Shown here: positions 54,104 through 62,370 of the stretch, in pieces | How the letters are laid out: each line of letters begins with the position of its first letter | How positions within the stretch are numbered: position 1 is the first letter of the stretch | From: Hyphomicrobiales bacterium | GTDB taxonomy: Bacteria > Pseudomonadota > Alphaproteobacteria > Rhizobiales > JAJFHC01 | DNA length: 64,000 bases | Assembly (NCBI GenBank): GCA_965227875.1 | Contig: OZ245783.1 | Span: 4,442,356 to 4,506,355 of the forward strand | Direction of reading: 5' to 3' | Notes under the pieces: generated by a model | Seen by the model: only the letters and a program-made list of their open reading frames with translations | Told to the model about the DNA's origin: nothing | Databases searched by the model: none | Program-made: the position numbers and the translations under genes

Positions 54104-57100
54104 TCAGGCGGCCCTGGGAGCTGCTTCCGCGATCCGCACAAGCTGTTTCATCACGATGAAAGCGCCCTGGAGCCGTTCTTCGGGCGTTTCCCAGTCGCGC
54201 ACGAGCACCAGCCGGTGATCGGCCTTGAGCTTGGCGAGGCTGCCCTGCTCGGCAATGAAACCCACGAGGCCTTCCGGGTTCGAAAAACTGTCGTTCCGGA
54301 ACCGCAGGACGACCCCCTTCGGGCCGGCATCGACGTTGGAGACGCCGGCGGCGCGGCACAGGAGCTTGATGGCCACGACCTTGAGCAGGTGCTCGACTTC
54401 ATCCGGCAGCGGACCGAAGCGATCGATCAGTTCCGCCCCGAAGCCGTCGATTTCCTCCTGGCTTTCCAGCGAGGACAGTCGGCGGTAGAGCCCCATGCGC
54501 AGTTGCAGGTCGGACACGTAGGTCTCGGGAATGAGAACCGCAGTGCCGATGTTGATCTGCGGCGACCACTGGCTGTCGTCCGCGGCGCTGTCGTCGCCCG
54601 CGCGAAGGCTCGCGACGGCCTCTTCGAGCATGTCCTGGTAGAGCTCGAAGCCGACTTCCTTGATGTGCCCCGACTGTTCCTCGCCCAGAAGGTTGCCGGC
54701 CCCGCGGATGTCGAGATCGTGGCTGGCGAGGTTGAAACCGGCCCCGAGCGAATCGAGCGATTGAAGGACCTGCAGGCGTTTCTCCGCCGTCGCCGTGAGA
54801 ACCTTCCCGGCCGGCACCGTGAACAGGGCGTAGGCGCGTGTCTTCGACCGTCCCACCCGGCCCCGCAGCTGGTAGAGCTGGGCGAGACCGAACATGTCCG
54901 CACGGTGGACGATCAGGGTATTCGCGGTCGGAATGTCGAGCCCGGACTCGACGATCGTGGTCGACAGAAGGACATCGAACTTGCGGTCATAGAACGCCGT
55001 CATGATGTCTTCGAGCTGACCCGGAGCCATCTGGCCATGGGCGACGGCGACCTTCACCTCGGGGATATGGTCGGCGATGAAGGCGCGGGTCTCTTCGAGG
55101 TCCGAAACCCGGGGACAGACATAGAAGGTCTGTCCGCCGCGATAGAGTTCCCGCAGCATCGCCTCGCGCAGGATGACCGGGTCGAAGGGCGAGATGAACG
55201 TGCGCACCGCCAGCCGGTCGACCGGTGGCGTCGCGATGAGCGAAAGCTCGCGCACCCCGGTGAGTGCGAGTTGCAGCGTCCTGGGGATCGGGGTCGCGCT
55301 CAGCGTCAGCACATGGACGTTCGACCTCAGGTCCTTGAGCTTTTCCTTGTGGGCGACACCGAAATGCTGCTCCTCGTCGATGATCAGCAGTCCGAGATCG
55401 CGAAACTTCACCGATTTGCCCAGCAGCGCGTGGGTGCCGATCACGATGTCGACCTCGCCCGAGGCCAGGCCGCGCTTCGTCTCGTTGATCTGCTTGGTGC
55501 CCACGAGCCGTGACGCCTGCTCGATGCGCACCGGATAGCCCTTGAACCGTTCGCAGAACGTGTTGAAATGCTGGCGCGCCAGCAGGGTTGTCGGGACGAC
55601 CACCGCGACCTGCTTGCCGGCCATGGCCGCGACGAAGGCCGAACGCAGCGCCACCTCGGTCTTGCCGAAACCAACGTCGCCGCAGACCAGCCGGTCCATG
55701 GGCCGCCCGCTGCCGAGATCCTCGAGCACGGCCTCGATGGACCGCAACTGGTCCTCCGTTTCCTCGAACGGAAACCGCGCGCAGAACTCCTCGTAGCCGA
55801 TCCCGTCGGTCGGCAGGACGTCGCCGCTCTTCAGCATGCGCGCGGCAGCTGTCTTGATGAGCTTCTCGGCGATTTCCCGCAGGCGTTCCTTGAGTTTGGC
55901 CTTTCGCGCCTGCCAGCCGGAGCCGCCCAGCTTGTCGAGCTGCGCGCCGGCTTCCTCCGATCCGTATCGGCTGAGGAGCTCGATGTTCTCGACGGGCAGA
56001 TAGAGCCTGTCGCCGCCGGAATAGGATAGATGCAGGCAGTCGTGCGGCGCTCCCTGAACCTCGATGGTCGCCAGGCCCTCGAAACGGCCAATGCCGTGGT
56101 CGACATGGACCACGAGATCGCCCGGCGCGATGCTCGAGACTTCGGTGAGGAAATCCCCGGCACGCTTGGCCCGCCGCGCCCGGCGGATCAGCCGGTCGCC
56201 GAGAATGTCCTGTTCCGCGATAACCGCCAGATCGGGCGTCTCGAATCCGGATTCCAGGCCGAGAATGGCGAATCCTGTCCGCGGCGCGTCCGGTCCGGAC
56301 ATGTCCGTCCAGTTGTCGATGATGCCGGTATTTTCGAGCCCGTGATCGGTGAGAACGTGCAGAAGGCGGTCCCTCGCGCCATCCGACCAGCTTGCGACGA
56401 TGGTCTTCTTGCCCGATGCGCGGAGGCCGGCGATGTGTTCGACGACCGCTTCGAAGACGTTGCGGCCCGCTTCCGCCCGTTCCGGTGCAAAACTTCGCCC
56501 GCCGCGTCCGGACAGGCTGTACACCTTGCCGCCGCTCTCCGACGCGGGCTGTTCGAACGGCGTGATGATCCGCAACGGAACCGCGTCGAGCCGCGTAGAC
56601 CAGTCTTCCTCGGTCAGGTACAGCGCTTCCGGCGGCATCGGCTTGTACGGGGCCGCGCCGTAGGTGTCCTGTTCCCGGGCGCTCACCCGCGCGTCGTAGT
56701 ACTCGCGGATCTGTTCCAGTCTCGAATCGCGCGCGTCCTGGGCGTGGTGGTCGAGAAAGACCGGACTTTCGCCAAGATAGTCGAAGAGCGTGACCAGGCC
56801 TTCGTGGAACAGCGGCAGCCAGTGTTCCATCCCCTCGAAGCGCCGGCCCTGCGAAATCGCCTCGTAGAGCGGGTCCGCGTCGGTGACCGCGCCGAACTGC
56901 GCGAGATAACCGGACCTGAAACGCCTGATCGTGTCTTCTGTCAGCAGGACTTCGCTCGCCGGCAGAAGACTGACCTCGTTGCGTTGGCCGGTCGTGCGCT
57001 GGGTCTCGGGGTCGAAATTGCGGATCGATTCCAGCGTGTCGCCAAAGAAGTCGAGGCGCACGGGATTGGGGGTGCCGGGTGCGAAAATGTCGACTATGCC

Positions 57101-57625
57101 GCCCCGGATGGCGAAATCGCCGGGCTCCATGACGGTGCCCGTGCGGCTGAACCCGTTCTTGGCGAGATAATCCGTGAGCTCGTCGAGCGAGACACGATTG
57201 CCCGGCCTCGCGGTCCAGGTCGTCTCCGCGATGAGTTCCGGCAGGAGAACACGCTGCAGCAGTGCGTTCACCGTCGTCACGACCACGCGCTGCGGTCCGT
57301 CCCCTTCCTCGCGTGTCGCCGCGAGGGCAGCAAGCGTCGCCATGCGGGTCGATACGATATCGCCGTGCGGCGAAACCCGGTCATACGGCTGGCAGTCCCA
57401 GGCCGGAAAGGCCAGTGTTTCGATCTCCGGGGCGAAAAACCGCAGGGAATCGAGTGTCGACGCGAGCCTCTGGTCATCGCGCGCCACGTACAGAACGGCC
57501 TTGCCGTCGGACGGGCCGCGATGCAGTCTCGCCGCGTCGGCGAGAACGAGGCCTTCGAGCCCTTCGGGTACGCCGCAGAGGGTGAGAGGTTCACGCCCTC
57601 CCACGATATCGGGTAGAATCGTCAT
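54104..57625 (-). CDS. mfd: Transcription-repair coupling factor
   Basis: 1173 aa, UvrB-like N-terminus, CarD-like RID (VVHVDHGIGRF), CGDVGFGKTEVA, DEEQHFG, QLRGRVGRS. Confidence 0.98.
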   Translation of the reverse strand: MTILPDIVGGREPLTLCGVPEGLEGLVLADAARLHRGPSDGKAVLYVARDDQRLASTLDSLRFFAPEIETLAFPAWDCQPYDRVSPHGDIVSTRMATLAALAATREEGDGPQRVVVTTVNALLQRVLLPELIAETTWTARPGNRVSLDELTDYLAKNGFSRTGTVMEPGDFAIRGGIVDIFAPGTPNPVRLDFFGDTLESIRNFDPETQRTTGQRNEVSLLPASEVLLTEDTIRRFRSGYLAQFGAVTDADPLYEAISQGRRFEGMEHWLPLFHEGLVTLFDYLGESPVFLDHHAQDARDSRLEQIREYYDARVSAREQDTYGAAPYKPMPPEALYLTEEDWSTRLDAVPLRIITPFEQPASESGGKVYSLSGRGGRSFAPERAEAGRNVFEAVVEHIAGLRASGKKTIVASWSDGARDRLLHVLTDHGLENTGIIDNWTDMSGPDAPRTGFAILGLESGFETPDLAVIAEQDILGDRLIRRARRAKRAGDFLTEVSSIAPGDLVVHVDHGIGRFEGLATIEVQGAPHDCLHLSYSGGDRLYLPVENIELLSRYGSEEAGAQLDKLGGSGWQARKAKLKERLREIAEKLIKTAAARMLKSGDVLPTDGIGYEEFCARFPFEETEDQLRSIEAVLEDLGSGRPMDRLVCGDVGFGKTEVALRSAFVAAMAGKQVAVVVPTTLLARQHFNTFCERFKGYPVRIEQASRLVGTKQINETKRGLASGEVDIVIGTHALLGKSVKFRDLGLLIIDEEQHFGVAHKEKLKDLRSNVHVLTLSATPIPRTLQLALTGVRELSLIATPPVDRLAVRTFISPFDPVILREAMLRELYRGGQTFYVCPRVSDLEETRAFIADHIPEVKVAVAHGQMAPGQLEDIMTAFYDRKFDVLLSTTIVESGLDIPTANTLIVHRADMFGLAQLYQLRGRVGRSKTRAYALFTVPAGKVLTATAEKRLQVLQSLDSLGAGFNLASHDLDIRGAGNLLGEEQSGHIKEVGFELYQDMLEEAVASLRAGDDSAADDSQWSPQINIGTAVLIPETYVSDLQLRMGLYRRLSSLESQEEIDGFGAELIDRFGPLPDEVEHLLKVVAIKLLCRAAGVSNVDAGPKGVVLRFRNDSFSNPEGLVGFIAEQGSLAKLKADHRLVLVRDWETPEERLQGAFIVMKQLVRIAEAAPRAA

Positions 57626-57639
57626 GCGTCGGAAACGTT

Positions 57640-57912
57640 TCAGCTGAAATCGTTGGGACTAAAGGTCAGTTTCTGCAGTTCGCGCAACAGCGGTGTATCG
57701 AATTCCGCAGGCGGTGACGTCCGGCCGCTGACCCAGTCATAGACCTGCTGGTCGGGAACGTCGAGCAGCGCCTCGAACTGGTCAAGTTCGGCCGGCTCCA
57801 GCCCGGATATCCGGTCGTCGGCGAACCGCCCGAGCAGGATGTCCATTTCCCGTATCCCGCGGTGCCAGGCGCGAAACCTGAGCCTGCGCCGTCTCTGGTC
57901 GTCTTCCAGCAA
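57640..57912 (-). CDS. sdhE: Succinate dehydrogenase assembly factor 2
   Basis: RLRFRAWHRGIREMD (RGxxE) motif, next to mfd. Confidence 0.93.
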   Translation of the reverse strand: MLEDDQRRRRLRFRAWHRGIREMDILLGRFADDRISGLEPAELDQFEALLDVPDQQVYDWVSGRTSPPAEFDTPLLRELQKLTFSPNDFS

Positions 57913-58007
57913 GGATCGATCCGCTGTTGCGTGTCTGAGAATTGCGCACGGTTTTGACAGACAATGCCGTCGCGCGCAACCGCCCCGCGCGGAGCCGCTC
58001 TCGGGCG

Positions 58008-58763
58008 TCAGAGGATCTGGCTGAGAAACTCCCGGGTGCGCGGATCCTTGGCCTCGGAAAAGAACGTCGCGGGCGGGCCGTGTTCGACGATGATCCCACG
58101 GTCGGTGAAGTAGATATGGTCGGCGACTTCGCGGGCAAACCCCATTTCGTGCGTCACGAGGATGCAGGTCATGCCTTCCTGTGCAAGGTCCTTGATGGTG
58201 ACGAGGACCTCCTTGACGGTTTCGGGGTCGAGGGCCGCCGTCACCTCGTCGAACAGCATGACGTCGGGCCGCATCGCGAGCGACCGGGCTATGGCCACGC
58301 GCTGCTGCTGGCCGCCGGACAGTTCGCCCGGATAGCTGTTCTCCTTGCCCTCCAGCCTGACTTTCTTGATCAGGGCACGCGCCCGCTTTTCCACCTCTTC
58401 CTTGGGTTCCTTGAGCACGAGCACGGGCGCCATCATGATGTTTTCAAGCGCGGTCTTGTGCGGAAAGAGATTGTACTGCTGAAACACCATGCCGACCTTC
58501 TGGCGAAGCGCGAGCTTGTCGAGCTTGGGATCGTGGACCTCCTGGCCTTCGACGGTGATCGAACCCTGCTGAATGTCGTTCAGGGCATTCACGCACCGGA
58601 TCAGCGTCGACTTGCCGGATCCGGACGGACCGATGATGCAGATCACCTCGCCTTTCTTGACGTCCAGCGAAACGCCCTTCAGGACCTCGAGGTCTCCGAA
58701 CGACTTGTGAACGTCCTTGATGGAGACGATGGGCTGTTCCGGTGTCCAGTTCGTCTGTTGCAT
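58008..58763 (-). CDS. Polar amino acid ABC transporter ATP-binding protein
   Basis: GPSGSGKS, FQQYNLFPH, LSGGQQQRVAIAR and FDEVTAALD motifs. Confidence 0.95.
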   Translation of the reverse strand: MQQTNWTPEQPIVSIKDVHKSFGDLEVLKGVSLDVKKGEVICIIGPSGSGKSTLIRCVNALNDIQQGSITVEGQEVHDPKLDKLALRQKVGMVFQQYNLFPHKTALENIMMAPVLVLKEPKEEVEKRARALIKKVRLEGKENSYPGELSGGQQQRVAIARSLAMRPDVMLFDEVTAALDPETVKEVLVTIKDLAQEGMTCILVTHEMGFAREVADHIYFTDRGIIVEHGPPATFFSEAKDPRTREFLSQIL

Positions 58764-58773
58764 GACGGTTTCC

Positions 58774-59670
58774 TCAGAGTTTCACCGCGTATCTCTTCTC
58801 GAGCGCCATCGTCACCCGGGCGATCGGGTAGCAATAGGCGAAGAAGATGACGAGCGCGAAGGTGTAGAACGGCACCAGCAGTTCCGGCCGGTTGTTTTCC
58901 GCTTCGATCGCCTGGCGGGTCAGCGTGATCAGTTCCTCTACCCCCAGCAGCGAGCACAGGGGGGTCGCCATGGTCAGGATCGCGTACCAGTTCATCCACG
59001 GAGGGATCATGCGCTTGAAACACTGCGGCAGGATGATCCGCCACAGGGTCTGGCTGCGCGTGTAGGCCAGCGATTCCGCGGCCTCCCATTGCCCGCTGGG
59101 CACCGACTGGATCGCGCCGCGGACGACTTCGGAAATGTTCGCCATGATCGGCAGCGAAAGCCCGATCACCGCCTTCATCCAGTCGGGCACGGGGATGATC
59201 ACGTCCCCGATCGTGATCTCGAACGGAAAGGCCAGCAGCACGATGAACAGCAGCACGAGCCAGGGCGAGTTCCGGAAGGTCTGGGTGATGAACTTGGCCG
59301 TCCGGCGGATCCACGCGTTGGGCGAAATCTGGCAAAGGCCGAGCACGACCCCGGTCACGGTTCCGATCAGCATGGTCAGGATCGAGATCAGGACATTGAA
59401 CAGGAAGCCGCTGACAAAGATGAAGGGCAGCCATTTGATGAGCGTCTGCCAGGCGTCCACATAGGTGAATTTCGACTGGCCGAGGCCGATCGTCGGCCAG
59501 AGCACCAGGGTGGCGACCGCGATGAACCAGACCCAGGACGGCGTGGTGGCGATCCAGCGCGAGAAACCGACCGGATCGTGAACGCGCATCCGGGCCGCAT
59601 CCGCCGGCAGGAGAACCGCCATGTCGGTAGTCGGTCTGGAGTTCACGCCCGGGATGTTTCGAATGGCCAT
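58774..59670 (-). CDS. Polar amino acid ABC permease
   Basis: FRNSP, SEVVRGAI and GQWEAA (EAA loop) motifs. Confidence 0.93.
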   Translation of the reverse strand: MAIRNIPGVNSRPTTDMAVLLPADAARMRVHDPVGFSRWIATTPSWVWFIAVATLVLWPTIGLGQSKFTYVDAWQTLIKWLPFIFVSGFLFNVLISILTMLIGTVTGVVLGLCQISPNAWIRRTAKFITQTFRNSPWLVLLFIVLLAFPFEITIGDVIIPVPDWMKAVIGLSLPIMANISEVVRGAIQSVPSGQWEAAESLAYTRSQTLWRIILPQCFKRMIPPWMNWYAILTMATPLCSLLGVEELITLTRQAIEAENNRPELLVPFYTFALVIFFAYCYPIARVTMALEKRYAVKL

Positions 59671-59673
59671 CGT

Positions 59674-60432
59674 TCAGCTCCCGTAGCCCGGAATGCGCAG
59701 GGCGCGTTCCCACCGATGCATGCCGTAGACGAGTATGCCGACCAACGCGACGAACGAGACGAACAGGAGAACCATGGTCGGGTAAAGGGCGCTGGGATAG
59801 TCGTTCCAGATGCTGACGCACTCGTACAGCAGTTCCGGTACGGCGATCCCTATCGCCTGTGTCGTGGTCTTCACGAGGTTGACGAGATTGTTGTTTAGCG
59901 CCGGCAGCGAGACGCGGAAGGCAAGCGGCAGGACGATTTCCTTGTAGATCTGGAACCGGCTGAAACCCAGCGCCTCGGCCGCCTCGACCGTGGAGTCGGG
60001 TACGGCCTCGATGCCGGACCGGAAGATCTCCACATTGAAGGCCCCGGCAAAGAAGGACAGGGAGATGATCGCCCATCCGACGTTGGAGATGATGGGGATT
60101 TCCGTCCAGCCGTCCGCCCCGGTGATCGACGGTGTGAACTGTCCCAGCGCGAAATAGAAGAACAGCAGCTGGACGAAGGGGGGTGTATTTCGAAAGAGCT
60201 GGATGTAGCCCTGGACGAACCGCCTGAGCCAGGCGTTCTGGGCACCCTGCAGCCAGGCGCCGACCACGCCGATGATGACGGAAAAGATCACGCAGGCGAT
60301 GGAAAGCAGGATCGTGTACTGGAAACCGCTGACGATACGCGCCCATTGCCGCGGATCGTGGAAGAAGATGAAGTTCCAGCGGGGATAGTCCTCGGCAAGC
60401 TGACGGAAAAACTCCGTGAACGCTTCCAGCAT
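59674..60432 (-). CDS. Polar amino acid ABC permease
   Basis: FRNTP, EIFRSGIEAV and EAAEALG motifs. Confidence 0.93.
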   Translation of the reverse strand: MLEAFTEFFRQLAEDYPRWNFIFFHDPRQWARIVSGFQYTILLSIACVIFSVIIGVVGAWLQGAQNAWLRRFVQGYIQLFRNTPPFVQLLFFYFALGQFTPSITGADGWTEIPIISNVGWAIISLSFFAGAFNVEIFRSGIEAVPDSTVEAAEALGFSRFQIYKEIVLPLAFRVSLPALNNNLVNLVKTTTQAIGIAVPELLYECVSIWNDYPSALYPTMVLLFVSFVALVGILVYGMHRWERALRIPGYGS

Positions 60433-60468
60433 CTGACCCCTCCCCGCAGATCTGCCCTGATGAAAGTT

Positions 60469-60500
60469 GGACCGGGCCGGCTCTCGCGCCGGCCCGGTCC
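60469..60500. other. Intercistronic stem-loop after the SBP gene (mRNA stabiliser/attenuator)
   Basis: Perfect 13-bp stem GGACCGGGCCGGC-N6-GCCGGCCCGGTCC. Confidence 0.65.
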
Positions 60501-60519
60501 TGAAGTGTGTGACGAGGTC

Positions 60520-61356
60520 TTACTTGCCCTCGAGCCAGTCCTTTGCAAGCTCTTTCTGCTTGGCGAGGTAGGACGTGGGCTTGATGCCCCACTTCTTCTC
60601 CAACTCGATGAGCTTGCCCGACTGGTGCATGTTGTAGGTCAGGCCGGACATGAAGTTACCGAAGATGCAGTCCTTTTCCGCGAGCGGAACAGCAAGGCCC
60701 CAGGGGTTGTCGTCTTCGGAATTGAGCGGCATCTCGAACTCGTCGAAATCGCCGGACGCGAGGTCGGAACCGATCGAGGAATCGTCATAGACCCAGGCCA
60801 CGCACTTCTTGTCGCGCAGGGCCTGCTTGGCCTCGGCATTGCCCGTGAAAGCGACGATCTTCACGCCGTAGCGCTCGGTCACCACCTTGTTGTAGAACGC
60901 GCCCTGCTTGCCGCAGACCGGCTTGCCCGAGAGGTCTTCCCACTTGGTGAAGCCCAGCGCCTTCGGCGCCATGACGTTGGTGCCGGACGTGTAGTAGTTG
61001 GGCTGCACGATGCCGACGATCTTGCGGCGGTCGGGACGGTCCGACATGGTCGCGATCATCATGTCGATCTTGCCCTGCTCGAGGAACTGCATCCTGTTCG
61101 AGGACTGAACGGCCACGAGTTCGAGTTCGACTCCCATCGCGTCGGCAGCGGCCTTCGCCATGTCGATTTCCATGCCGACGATATCGCCGTTCTCGTTACG
61201 GAAACCCCACGGCTTGTAGTCGGCCTTGACGCCCACGACCATCTTGCCGCGCGACATGACCTTCTTCCAGGTCTCGTTGGTGCATTCCGCCGCCAGAGCG
61301 GACGTCACCGACAGCGTCGCGATCGCCGCGGTCGCAGCCAGAAGTTTCTTCAGCAT
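60520..61356 (-). CDS. Polar amino acid ABC substrate-binding protein (SBP family 3)
   Basis: Signal peptide, VGVKADYKPWGF, GMEID, NRMQFL..GKIDM and KKWG motifs. Confidence 0.93.
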   Translation of the reverse strand: MLKKLLAATAAIATLSVTSALAAECTNETWKKVMSRGKMVVGVKADYKPWGFRNENGDIVGMEIDMAKAAADAMGVELELVAVQSSNRMQFLEQGKIDMMIATMSDRPDRRKIVGIVQPNYYTSGTNVMAPKALGFTKWEDLSGKPVCGKQGAFYNKVVTERYGVKIVAFTGNAEAKQALRDKKCVAWVYDDSSIGSDLASGDFDEFEMPLNSEDDNPWGLAVPLAEKDCIFGNFMSGLTYNMHQSGKLIELEKKWGIKPTSYLAKQKELAKDWLEGK

Positions 61357-61390
61357 GTTTGTCTCCCTTTCTTGCTGTAGGAACATTTGA

Positions 61391-62269
61391 TCATGAAGGC
61401 CAGTACTCGCCAAGCCTGTCATGAAACTCTTCAACATCCGAGATGCGTCGCTCCGCATCCGAACCTGCGCGTCTGATTGCCATGCCCATCAGCGCCTCCA
61501 GTAGCACGAGGGTGGCCACGTGCGACGGGAAGAACTGGGGGCTGTCCGTGGGTATGAAGAAACTCGCACTCGCGTTCCTGACGGGTCCGGGGCGTTCGCC
61601 GTCGGTTATCGAAACGACGTAGGCGCCCCGTTCCGCGGCCAGAATGGCCGCTTCGATGGAGCGACGGGCGAAGGGCACGTGGCTGACGAGAATGACCGCA
61701 TCTTTCGGCGTCAACCGTGCCAGGGCGGAAGCGGACCCGTCCGTACGTCCCACGACGCTCCAGTTGTCGAAGGCGAGCCGCGCCATGTAGCCCAGGTAAT
61801 CCAGCAACGTGCCCGCACTCAGCGTGCCGAGGAGAAGCACGCGGTCGGCCGCGGCCAGGCGGTCGGAACATGTGGCGAGTTCGCCGGTATCGATGGATGC
61901 CGCCAGCGCCTGGATGTTCGCCGTGGCCGCCGCGGCATGCCTGATGAAGAAACCGCCTCTCGATTGGCTTGCCTCGGGATCGTCCCCGGACTGGAGAAGG
62001 CGTGCCCTGTCCGCAAATCTCGCCCGTTCGCGCTTGAACTGGCCGCGGAAGACGTTCCTGAGATCTTCGTAGTTCTCGTACCCCAGGGCGCGCGCGAGCC
62101 GCGAAAAGGTCGGTGGCGAGATGTTCGCCTGGCTCGCCATCTGGCGGAGTGAATGCACGGCTGCGTCTTCTGGATTGTTCAACAGAAAGCGCGCCGCCCG
62201 CTGCATCTGCGGGCTGAGATCGTCGAAGCGTGCGCTGACCGATTGCGCGATGTCGCTGCCTGCGTTCAA
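61391..62269 (-). CDS. MurR/RpiR family regulator
   Basis: LSPQMQRAARF, SPPTFSRLARALGY HTH plus SIS domain. TTG start assumed. Confidence 0.9.
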   Translation of the reverse strand: MNAGSDIAQSVSARFDDLSPQMQRAARFLLNNPEDAAVHSLRQMASQANISPPTFSRLARALGYENYEDLRNVFRGQFKRERARFADRARLLQSGDDPEASQSRGGFFIRHAAAATANIQALAASIDTGELATCSDRLAAADRVLLLGTLSAGTLLDYLGYMARLAFDNWSVVGRTDGSASALARLTPKDAVILVSHVPFARRSIEAAILAAERGAYVVSITDGERPGPVRNASASFFIPTDSPQFFPSHVATLVLLEALMGMAIRRAGSDAERRISDVEEFHDRLGEYWPS

Positions 62270-62317
62270 GGGACATCCGGGAATCTGTTGAAACAAAAAA
62301 ACTGACTTGGATAAAAA

Positions 62318-62335
62318 CTGAAACATATGTAACAG
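62318..62335. promoter_or_regulatory. Putative RpiR operator CTGAAACATATGTAACAG
   Basis: Near-palindrome in the AT-rich divergent spacer, with an extra TGAAACA half-site at 62289-62295. Confidence 0.6.
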
Positions 62336-62370
62336 AAAAGATCAACTGATCTCGAAGCGACGGAACTCCC

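Noticed and set aside
31325-60500. Similar GGCCCGGGCC/GGACCGGGCC hairpins at 31325 and 60469 as a REP-like family
   Set aside because: Only two copies of low-complexity GC stems, each explained as a terminator or stabiliser.
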